Positions 12,101 to 24,100 of a DNA stretch of 64,000 nucleotides are shown in pieces. The notes beneath the pieces were generated by a model that was not told where the DNA came from, did no database searches, and saw only the letters and a program-made list of their open reading frames with translations. The translations under genes and the position numbers were made by a program. Positions within the stretch are counted from its first letter, which is position 1, and every line of letters begins with the position of its first letter. Origin of the DNA: Mobula hypostoma (taxonomy: Eukaryota); the NCBI RefSeq assembly GCF_963921235.1, contig NC_086097.1, positions 100,380,001 through 100,444,000 of the forward strand, written 5' to 3'.

Positions 12101-15100
12101 AGGGGTCCATTCCCCACAGCTCCCAGTCCCAGGGGTCCAACCCCCACCTCACCCAGTCCCAGGGGTCCATTCCCCACAGCTCCCACCTCACTCAGTCCCA
12201 GGGGTCCATTCCCCACAGCTCCCAGCTCACCTAGTCCCAGTACAGGAAGAGGTGGCTGGGGTTTACAGGTACTGGAGGCCGTTTACACAATACGGGAAGA
12301 GGTGGACTGGGATTACAGTTACCACTGACCGTTCAACTCACCCGGTGGGGGTGGAGCTCATATTCCCTTATGACACAGGTCAATAAATCTGTCTTGTTCA
12401 ACTGGCTGGCCTTGTGGTGAGAGGCAGTTGCCTCTTCGTTGCGTCTGGAGTAGGTGACCTGGCTTGTGGATTGCCTGTGTGGGATGCTAGGCTTCTGCAA
12501 GGACTGATCTACCCCCCCCATCCCCGATACTTGGTGACATTACCACTGCCTGTGACCAGAAGCACAGTGGGTCGGCTGCACAAACACCATCGCTACAAGA
12601 GCAGTTCAGGGGCTTGAGATACCACAATTACAAATGGCTGCACTTCAAACTTGCTTTGTTGGAGGAGATGGGAAGGGGGGGACTCTGCTTCCTGTTACAG
12701 TAATGACTGAGGGGGAGAGTATGGCACTATCCTACAGTTAGCAGGAGGGTAACCGCCAAAAGCTGGCTACTGACACAGGGGAAACATTATATTCATCTTT
12801 ATGTGGTGCTTTCCGATGGCTGGCTCCTTTGTCTGACATTGTAGCTTTTCAAAAGGGATAGATATTCTTTATGGTAACACAGATGCCACAAGGGTGTGAC
12901 TGGGAGAAGGCTCCTTCAGGAAGACAAAGGCTTTAGACAGCATGGGAAGAAATTTACTAAAGAGCAGGAGGCTGAGGGGATCTGATGGAAGCATTTAAAA
13001 ATCAGGAAGAGTATAGCAAGCCTGGAGCGAGGAACTGTCCCACTGGAGGTGGGAACCGTGTGAAAGCCCTAGAGGGGGCCAGAGGGCAACGTATCGAGTG
13101 GTGACAAGAGACGCTGGGACCTGGAGCAGCTTCTCTGGAGGGGAATGGAGAGTTGACCCTTCAGCTGGACAGATGGCGTTTTCAGCTGCGTCTCGACCCA
13201 AAGGGTCCACTGTCCAGTTATCTTCCACAGATGCTGCCTGACCGCCAAGTTCCTCTGCTAGTTTGTGTTTTGCTCATACATCAGGTGGTTGGGATTAGAA
13301 AGCACTGCTGGATGGGGTGAGGATTCAGACAAGGAAAGCACTTGCAGGGCTGGACAGTGAATTGCAGGCTGCCCACAGCCTCTGGCTTCACTATTTTCAA
13401 TTAGTTCTTAAATTCCATCCAAGTTTTAAAGCATGAACCACCGTTCCTTGGAACATTCTGGCAAGCAAGTGTGGTTGGTTTAAACAGGGTTGGCTGGACT
13501 GTTCCAAAGAGTGGTTGTAGACGGGTCATATTCTGCATGGAGGTCGGTGACCAGTGGTGAGCCTCAGGGATCTGTTCTGGGACCCTTACTCGTCGTGATT
13601 TTTATAAATGACCTAGATGAGGAAGTGGAGAGATGGGTTAGTAAATTTGCTGATGACACAAAGGTCGGGGGTGTTGTGGATAGTGTGGAGGGCTGTCAGA
13701 GGTTACAGTGGGACACTGATAGGATGCAAAACTGGGCTGAGAAGTGGCAGATGGAGTTCAACCCAGATAAGTGTGAGGTGGTTCATTTTGGTAGGTCAAA
13801 TATGATGGCAGAATATAGTATTAATGGTAAGACTCTTGGCAGTGTGGAGGATCAGAGGGATCTTGGGGTCCGAGTCCATAGGAGACTCAAAGATGCTGCG
13901 CAGGTTGACTCTGTGGTTGAGAAGGCATACAGTGCATTGGCCTTCATCAATTGTGGGATTGAGTTTAGAAGCCGAGAAGTAATGTTACAGCTATATAGGA
14001 CCCTGGTCAGATCCCACTTGGAATACTGTGCTCAGTTCTGGTCGCCTCACCACAGGAAGGATACGGAAACCATAGAAAGGCTGCAGAGGAGATTTACAAG
14101 GATGTTGCCTGGATTGGGGAGCATGCCTTATGAGAATAGGTTGAGTGAACTTGGTCTTTTCTCTTTGGAGCAGCGGAGGATGAGAGGTGACCTGATAGAG
14201 GTGCATAAGATGATGAGAGGCATTGATTGTGTGGATAGTCAGAGGCTTTTTCCCTGGGCTGAAGTGGCTAGTACGAGAGGGCATAGTTTTAAGGTGCTTG
14301 GAAATAGCTATGGAGGAGATGTTAGGGTTAAGATTTTTACGCAGAGAGTGGTGTGTGTATGCAATGGGCTGCCGGAGACGGTGGTGGAGGCGGAAACGAT
14401 AGGGTCTTTTAAGAGACTCCTGGATAGATACATGGAGCTTAGAAAAATAGAGGGCTATGGGTAAAGCCTAGGTAGTTCTAAGGTAGGGACATGTTCGGCA
14501 CAGATTTGTGGGCCGGAGGGCCTGTATTGTGCTGTAGGTTTTCTATGTTTACTGAACATCAGCAATGTCACAGAGCCTGGTACACAAAGGGTCAATGGAT
14601 TGGAGTGATGCAGGATCATGTCTAGATGTAAGCTGACATCAAGGTGCCAGGTGATATTTATTTTACCTTCTGAATACACATTAATGGTGTTCTAGGAATT
14701 ATATTTGAGGCTGTCAGATCGACCCAGTTCTCTCACTCACTGAAGCTCAACACTTTTTTACAGCCGAGCTTTCTGTAAGCTGGGTCGGCTCTGGAGAACA
14801 ACGCACGTCGTTGTGCGGAGCAGGAAGCTTAAATTCCTTCACCACTTCCCCAGTCAGCAGTCAGAGTCAGGGCTGGGACAGGGGATTTTTAGAACACCAG
14901 GCCCCGGAGGCTACACTGTGTTAGAGGTCAGATGTCACAGCTCCAACATCTTGCTTGTTCTTTTAGAGACAGCCAAAGAATTGTACAGGAGAGAAACAGA
15001 CCCTTCGGCCCATAGTAACATCCCTATCTACACAAACACAAGAGATGACGGAAATCCAGAGCAAAGCATACAAAGTGCTAAAGGAGCTCAGCAGGTCAGG

Positions 15101-18100
15101 CAGCATCTATGGAGAAGAATAAAAAGTCGACAGTTTGGGCCGAGACCCTTTATCAAGACTAGAAATGAAGGGGATGAAGTCAGAATAAAGTAGGGGGAGG
15201 GGAAGGAGTACAAGCTGGCAGGTGATAGGTGAAATGAGACGAGGGGGAAGGGGGTGTGTGGAGGAATGAGAAGCTGGCAGGTGATAGGTGGTAAAGGGCT
15301 GAAGAAGAAAGAATCTGACAGGAGAGGCGAGTGGACCATGGCAGAAAGGAGAGGAGGGGCACCAGAGATGATAGACAGGTGAGGAGAAGAGAAGGGGTAA
15401 AGAGGGGAGCCAAAATGAGAATAGAAAAAGAAAAGGGGGGGGGGGAATTACTGGAAGCTGAAGAATTCAATGTTCATGCCATCCAGGTAAGGTTACCCAG
15501 GTGGAATATGAGGTGTTGCTCCTCCAGTCTGAGAGTGGCCTCATCATGGCAGAAGGCATGAAATGACATGCCGGAATATGAATGGGAAGTAAACTAAAAT
15601 GGATGGCCACCAGGAAATCCTGCCTGTTGTGGCGGATGGAGCGAAGGTGCGTGACAAGGTGGTTCCCCAGTCCACGCCAGGTTTCACCGATGTAGAGCAG
15701 GCTGCACCACGAGTGCCAGATACAGTAGATGACTCCAACAGACATGCAGGTGAACGTTGCCTTACCTGGAAAAGGCTTTGCACTAAACAAAACTCTGGCC
15801 ACCGCTTAGTCACGGAGTCACAGAACAAGGAAGCAAACCCTTTACCTCACTGAGTCTGTGTTAACCACCAACCATACGTTTACACTGATTCTACACTACT
15901 CCCATTCTTTATTCTCCCCACATTCCCATCAACTTCTCCCAGATTCTACTCTGCACTTACAAACTGGGGGGAATCTGCAGCAACTAATTAACCTAACTTG
16001 GGATGTGGAGGAAAACTAGAGTTTACACCCAGGGGAAACCTACAGTTACAGACAGAACGTTGTTATTGCTTTTCCTTTTGAAATACCTTGATGAAATCGG
16101 AGACTATCTGGGTGATCAGCATTGACTGGTTGGGCTGAAAGGCCTGTATCCATACTGCATTTCTCCATGACCCTATAATAAACCTATATGTAGAATGGCC
16201 CATCTGGGTAGCATGCAAAACAAAGGGTTTGACTGTATCTCAGTACATGTGACAATACTAAACAGCAGAACATGCGAACTCCACATGAAAAGCACCCGAG
16301 TTCAGGACTGAACCCAGGATGCAGTAGCTGTGTAGCAGTGGCCCTACCCAGTTGTCACAGGGGCATTTGTGGAACATCTCCAGCATTACTACAGTACCCC
16401 CACTTTGTGATTATCAGTCTGGAAGTCCCTATGGTGCTTAATGTAGTTTCACAAACAATCTGCTCTAGGGAGGGAAGCTCAGCTCAGCTAACCCATGCAG
16501 CCCTCACTGCACTTCCGCAATCATCAGAGCCTGTTCGTTCTAACCACATCTGTCATAGGAGCAAATTAGGCCATTTGGTCCTTCTAGTCTGATCTGCCAT
16601 TCCATCAAAGCTGGTTTAATTCATATCAACCCCATTATCCTGCCTTGGACACCCTTAACAAACATATAAATAAATATTGTAATATATATGATACGTGTGT
16701 GTATGTGGTGTATATATATACAGTGGCATGCAAAAGTTTGGGCACCTCTGGTCAAAATTTCTGTTACTCTGAATAGCTAAGTGAGTGAAAGATGAACTGA
16801 TTTCCAGAAGGCATAAAGTTAAAGATGACACATTTCTTTAATATTTTAAGCAAGAAAACTTCTTTATTTCCATCTTCTACAGTTTCAAAATAACAAAAAA
16901 AGTTAAAGGGCCTGAAGCAAAAGTTTGGGTACCCTGCATGGTCAGTACTTAGTAACACCCCCCTTGGCAAGTATCACAGCTTGTAAACATTTTTTGTAGC
17001 CAGCTAAGAGTCTTTCAATTCTTCTTTGGGGGAGCTTCGCCCATTCTTCCTTGCAAAAGGCTTCTAGTTCTGTGAGATTCTTGGGCCGCCTTGCATGCAC
17101 TGCTCTCTTGAGGTCTATCCACAAATTCCCGATGATGTTTAGGTCAGGGGACTGTGAGGGCTATGGCAAAACCTTCAGCTTGCACCTCTTGAGGTAGTCC
17201 ATTGTGGATTTTGAGGTGTGTTTAGGTTCATTATTCTGTTGTAGAAGCCATCTTCTTTTCATCTTCGGCTTTTTTTTACAGACGGTGTGATGTTTGCTTC
17301 CAGAAATTCCATGAAATTCTGCACCCTGTTTTTCTCCAAACATGCCTTTGCTTATTGCGGCCAAAAAGTTCTATTTTAACTTCATCAGTCCACAGGACTT
17401 GTTTCCAAAATGCATCAGGCTTGTTTAGATGTTCCTTTGAACCTTTTGAATAGTACTTTTATGGCCACAATGTGCAAAGGTATGTTTGGAGAAAAAAGGG
17501 TGCAGAATTTCATGAAAAGAACCCCTCCCCAACTGTTAAGCACCGGGGTGGATCGATCATGCTTTGGGCTTGTGTTGCAGCCAGTGGCACAGGGAACATT
17601 TACTGGTAGAGGGAAGAATGAATTCTGGAATCAAACATCACACTGTCTGTAAAAAAGCTGAAGATGAAAAGAGGACGGCTTCTACAACAGGATAATGAAC
17701 CTGAACACACCTCAAAATCCACAATGAACTACCCCAAGAGGCGCAAGCTGAAGGTTTTGCCATGGCCCTGACAGCCCCCTGACCTAAACATCATTGAGAA
17801 TCTGTGGATAGACCTCAAAAGAGCAGTGCATGCAAGACAGCCCAAGAATCTCACAGAACTAGAAGCCTTTTGCAAGGAAGAATGGGCAAAAATCCCCCAA
17901 ACAAGAATTGAAAGACTCTTAGCTGGCTACAGAAAGCGTTTACAAGCTGTGATACTTGCCAAAAGGGGTGTTACTAAGTACTGTCATGCAGGGTGCCCAA
18001 ACTTTTGCTTCGGGCCTTTTTCCTTCTGTTATTTTGAAACTGTAACAGATGGAAATAAAGTTTTCTTGCTTAAAATATTAAAGAAATGTGTCATTTTTAA

Positions 18101-21100
18101 CTTTATGCCTTTTGGAAATCAGTTCATCTTTTACTCGCTTAGCTATTCAGAGTAACAGAAATTTTGACCAGTGGTGCCCAAATTTTTGTATGCCACTGTA
18201 TATAGATAGAGAGAGAGAGAGACACACACACTTTATGTAACTCAGTTTTTCTTTCTCTATATTTATTTATCATGTATTGCACTGTACTGCTGTTGTAAAG
18301 TTAACAAATTTCATGATATATGCAGGTGATATTAAATCTGATTCTGATCAAGAACCTATCAAATTCTGCTTTAAATATACTCAATGACTTGGCCTCCACA
18401 GCTGTCTGTGGCGTTGAATTCACCTCCCTCTGGCTAAAGGAACCCCTCCTCATCTCTGTTCTAAAGGGACATCCTTCCATTCTGAGGCTGAATCCACTGG
18501 TCTTAGACTGCCCCACTACTGGACACATCCTCTCCATGTCCACTCTAAATAGGCTTTTCAACATTCAATAGGTTTGAACGAGATTCCCCCTCATTCTACT
18601 ATACTCCAGTGAGTACAGGTAAGAGTCATCAAACGTTCCTCATATGTAACCCTTGCATTCCAGAGATTAATCTCATTAAGCCTATCTGCAAACTTTCCAA
18701 TTCCATCTCATCCTTTCTTAGATACTAGGCCCAAAATTGCTCACCATATTCCAACTGCAGTCTGACCAATACTCCATAAAGCCTCAGCATTACATCATCG
18801 CCTTTATATTCTGGTCCTCTTGAAATGGATGTTAAAATTGCATTAGCCTTCCTTATCACCGGTACTCAACCTCCAAGTTAACCTTTAGGTAATTCTGCCC
18901 CAGAACTCTCAAGCCCCTTTCCACCTGATTTCTGAATTTGCTCCCCATATACAAAATAGTTTATGCCTTTATTTCTTTTACCAAAGTTCATGACCATTCA
19001 GTTCCCTACATTCCATTCAGTCTGCAACTTCTTTGCCCATTCTCTAATGTCCAAGCCCTTCTGAAGACTCCATGCTTCCTCAACACTACCTCCCCCTCAC
19101 CTATCTTTGTATCATCCACAACCTTGGCCACAAAGTAATCAATTCTGTCATCCAGATCATTGCCATACAATGTGGAAAGAAGGCATCCCAATATCGACAC
19201 TTGTGGGAACACCACCAGTCACCACCAGCCAACCAGAAAAGGGCCCCTTTATTTCCACTCTTTGCCTCTTGCCAGTTAACCAACCTTCTACGCATGCTAA
19301 TACCTTTCCAGTAATCCCATGGGCTCTAATCTTGTTCAGCAGCCTCATGTGTGACACCTCATCACAGACCCTCTGAAAATTCAAGTAAACAACATCCACT
19401 GACTTTGCTTTGTCTATCCCACCTGTTATTTCCTCAAAAAATTCCAACAGGTCTGTCAGGCAGCAGGATTCTTCCTAGAGGACAACCTATATTATCATGT
19501 GCCTCCAAGTATCCCAGAACCTCATCATAAATAATGGACTTAAACATCTTCCCAGCCACAGAAGTTGAGCTAACTGGTCTTTTGCCACCCTCCCTCTTAA
19601 AAACTGGAGTGACATTTGCAATTTTACAGTCCTCTGCAACCATTCCAGAATCTAGAGTTTCTTGAAAGATCACCAGTAATACCTCCACAATCTCTTCAGC
19701 TATCCTTTTTCAGAACACCGGGGTGTAGTCCATCGGGTCCAGATGACCTATTTACTTTCAGTTCTTTCAATTTTCTCAGCACGAATAATGCTGTCAAGTA
19801 TACTCACATCTGCCCTGACCCTGACACAAACTGCTGACATAATGCTGTCAAATATACTCACACCTGCCCCCCCGACACAAACTGCGGACAAAATGCTGTC
19901 AAATATACTCACACCTGCCCCCCCGACATAAACTGCTGACATAATGTTGTCAAATATACTCACATCTGCCCCCCCGACACAAACTGCGGACAAAATGCTG
20001 TCAAATATACTCACACCTGCCCCCCCGACATAAACTGCTGACATAATGTTGTCAAATATACTCACGTCTGCCCCCGACAGAAACTGCTGACATAATGCTG
20101 TCAAATATACTCACACCTGCCCCCCCGACATAAACTGCTGACATAATGTTGTCAAATATACTCACGTCTGCCCCCGACAGAAACTGCTGACATAATGCTG
20201 TCAAATATACTCACATCTGCCCCCACCGACAGAAACTGCTGACATAATGCTGTCAAATATACTCACATCTGCCCCGACAGAAACTGCTGACATAATACTG
20301 TCAAATATACTCACATCTGCCCCCTCAACACAAACTGCTGACATAATGCTGTCAAATATACTCACATCTGCCCCGACAGAAACTGCTGACATAATACTGT
20401 CAAATATACTCACATCTGCCCCCTCAACACAAACTGCTGACATAATGCTGTCAAATATACTCACATCTGCCCCGACAGAAACTGCTGACATAATACTGTC
20501 AAATATACTCACATCTGCCCCCCGACACAAACTGCTGACATAATGCTGTCAAATATACTCACACCTGCCCCCCCGACATAAACTGCTGACATAATGTTGT
20601 CAAATATACTCACGTCTGCCCCCGACAGAAACTGCTGACATAATGCTGTCAAATATACTCACATCTGCCCCCACCGACAGAAACTGCTGACATAATGCTG
20701 TCAAATATACTCACATCTGCCCCGACCCTGACACAAACTGCTGACATAATGCTGTCAAATATACTCACATCTGCCCCCCCGACAGAAACTGCGGACATAA
20801 TGCTGTCAAATATACTCACACCTGCCCCCCCGACAGAAACTGCTGACATAATGCTGTCAAATATACTCACATCTGCCCCCCGACACAAACTGCTGACATA
20901 ATGCTGTCAAATATACTCACATCTGCCCCCGACACAAACTGCTGACATAATGCTGTCAAATATACTCACATCTGCCCCGACAGAAACTGCTGACATAATA
21001 CTGTCAAATATACTCACATCTGCCCCCTCAACACAAACTGCTGACATAATGCTGTCAAATATACTCACATCTGCCCCGACAGAAACTGCTGACATAATAC

Positions 21101-24100
21101 TGTCAAATATACTCACATCCGCCCCCTCAACACAAACTGCTGACATAATGCTGTCAAATATACTCACATCTGCCCCGACAGAAACTGCTGACATAATACT
21201 GTCAAATATACTCACATCTGCCCCCCGACACAAACTGCTGACATAATGCTGTCAAATATACTCACATCTGCCCCCGACACAAACTGCTGACATAATGCTG
21301 TCAAATATACTCACAACTGCCCCCCCAACAGAAGCTGCTGACATAATGCTGTCAAATATACTCACATCTGCCCCCCGACAGAAACTGCTGACATAATGCT
21401 GTCAAATATACTCACATCTGCCCCGACCCTGACACAATCTGCTGACATAATGCTGTCAAATATACTTACAGCTGCCCCGACCCTGACACAAGCTGCTGAC
21501 ATAATGCTGTCAAATATACTCACATCTGCCCCCCCGACAGAAAATGCTGACATAATGCTGTCAAATATACTTACAGCTGCCCCGACCCTGACACAAGCTG
21601 CTGACATAATGCTGTCAAATATACTTACATCTGCCCCGACCCTGACACAAACTGCTGACATAATGCTGTCAAATATACTTACAGCTGCCCCGACCCTGAC
21701 ACAAACTGCTGACATAATGCTGTCAAATATACTCACATCTGCCCCCCCGACAGAAAATGCTGACATAATGCTGTCAAATATACTCACATCTGCCCTGACC
21801 CTGACACACAAACTGCTGACATAATGCTGTCAAATATACTTACAGCTGCCCCGACCCTGACACAAACTGCTGACATAATGCTGTCAAATATACTCACATC
21901 TGCCCCCGACACAAGCTGCTGACATAATGCTGTCAAATATACTCACATCTGCCCCCCCGACAGAAAATGCTGACATAATGCTGTCAAATATACTTACATC
22001 TGCCCCGACCCTGACACAAACTGCTGACATAATGCTGTCAAATATACTCACACCTGCCCCCTCGACACAAACTGCGGACATAATGCTGTCAGATATACTC
22101 ACACCTGCCCCCCCGACACAAACTGCTGACATAATGCTGTCAAATAAACTCACATCTGCCCCTGACACAAACTGCTGACATAATGCTGTCAAATATACTC
22201 ACATCTGCCCCAACCCTGACACAAACTGCTGACATAATGCTGTCAAATATACTCACATCTGACCCCCCGACAGAAACTGCTGACGTAATGCTGTCAAATA
22301 TACTCACATCTGCTCCCCCGACAGAAACTGCTGACATAATGCTGTCAAATTTACTCACATCTGCCCCCGACACAAACTGCTGACATAATGCTGTCAAATA
22401 TACTCACATCTGCCCCCACCGCAACACACACCAACTACTGACATAATGCTGTCAAATATACTCACATCTGCCCCGACCCCGACACACTCAAAACTGCTGT
22501 CATAATGCTGTTGTCTTCCATAGTAAGAGTGGTGCAAATTGTCCTCCATTCCTTTGCAGCCTATTATTACCTTTCTAGCACCATTTCCCAGTAGTCTGAT
22601 ATCCGCTCTTGACTCTCTTTTACTCTTTATAAATCTGAAAAACCTTTTGGTATCCTCCTATATTATTGGTCAGCATATCTTCATATTTTATCTATTCTCT
22701 CCATATTGCTTTTTCCCTTGCTTTCTGTTGGAGTTTAAAAGCTCCCCAATCCTCGAACTTCCCACTAATATATTTTTTGCCCTCACTTTTGCTTTTATGC
22801 TATCACTGTCTTCCCTTGTCAGCCACGGTTGCCTCATCCTCTCTTTAGAATGCTTCATCTTTGGGATATATCTGTCCTTCAAAGTGCTGATTGCACAACC
22901 TCTGACTCTGACTCCAGGTCGGGTGTTCATGCTCTGTCGCTGGAACCCCCATCTCCCCTTCCCTCACCACCACTGCACGATCCCGTCTCTCTCAGGTCCC
23001 ACCACCAGCTCTTGGGTCCTCGGAGACTCCAACTCACCCCACCATCCCAAACCTCCCTTCTCCTCAGATACTACCAACCCTCTTACTGAGGAACGTTCTG
23101 TCCTCAGTAAGGGTCTCATTTCTGTTTCCATGCCCACGCTTGAGATTCACGCCTGTCATGATGCTGAACTCTTCTTCCACCGCCTCCGTCTCCAAGCCTA
23201 CTTCTTTGGCAAGGATTTGCCACCCTGCACCAATAATCCCTTCTCCCATCTTCAACCCTCCTCCTCTTCCAGGACACACCGCCCTGGTCTTCTGCCTGCT
23301 CTGGACCTTTTCATTGCCAACTGCTGACGGGACATCAACTGTCTCAATTTCAACAGACCTCTCTCTCTCCAATTCCAACCACTCCTTGTGCATGCTCGAC
23401 TCTCCAATCCCGCTGCACCAATCCTAAATTCACCAAACCCGCAGATAAAGGAGGTGCTGTAGTAGTCAGGCATACTGACCTCTCCCCTGCTGAGGCCCAA
23501 CACCGACTCTCAGACACCTCCTCTTACCTACCCCTCGTACAGGACCCCACTAAAGAACACCAGGCCAACATCTCCCGCACCATCACCAACGTTATTGACT
23601 CTGGGGATCTTGCATCCACTGCCACCAACCTCATGGTTCCCGCACCCTGCGCCTCCCGTTTCTACCTCCTGCCCAAGATCCACAAACCCACTTGTCCAGG
23701 TAGACGCATTGTTTCAGTTTGTTCCTGCCCCAATGAACACATATCTGCATACTTCAACTCTGTTTTGTCCCCCTGGTTCAGTCCCTTCCCACCTACATCC
23801 GTGACACTTCACATGCTCTGGATCTTTTCAATGATTTCAAGTTTCCTGGCCTCCATCATCTTATTTTCACTATGGATGCCCAGTCCCTATACACCTCCAT
23901 CCCCCGCTAGGAAGGCCTCAAAGCTCTCTGTTTCTTTCCGAACACCAGACCTAACCAGTTCCCCTCCACCACCACTCTCCTCTGTCTAGAGGAACCTGTC
24001 CTCACTCTAAATAATTTTTCCTTTACTTCTCCCACTCTCTTCAAACAAAAGGAGTAGCCATGGGCACTTGCATGGGTCCCAGCTTTTTGTTGGCTATGTA

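Noticed and set aside
11838..12328. Trp-, Gly- or Pro-rich repeat proteins
   Set aside because: Open in four frames only because of minisatellite periodicity; no splice or homology support
13490..14464. 324-aa RT ORF as a domesticated gene or a retron/DGR-like system
   Set aside because: Ordinary 5'-truncated CR1 ORF2 with a standard 3' tail; lacks the N-terminal RT and endonuclease
20201..22397. Repetitive ORFs ([13 protein letters not shown] / [10 protein letters not shown])
   Set aside because: Translation artefacts of the tandem repeat, broken by poly-C length changes
19785..22512. CRISPR-like regular repeat array
   Set aside because: There are no unique spacers, units are head-to-tail, there are no cas genes, and the context is a eukaryotic intron; it is a minisatellite
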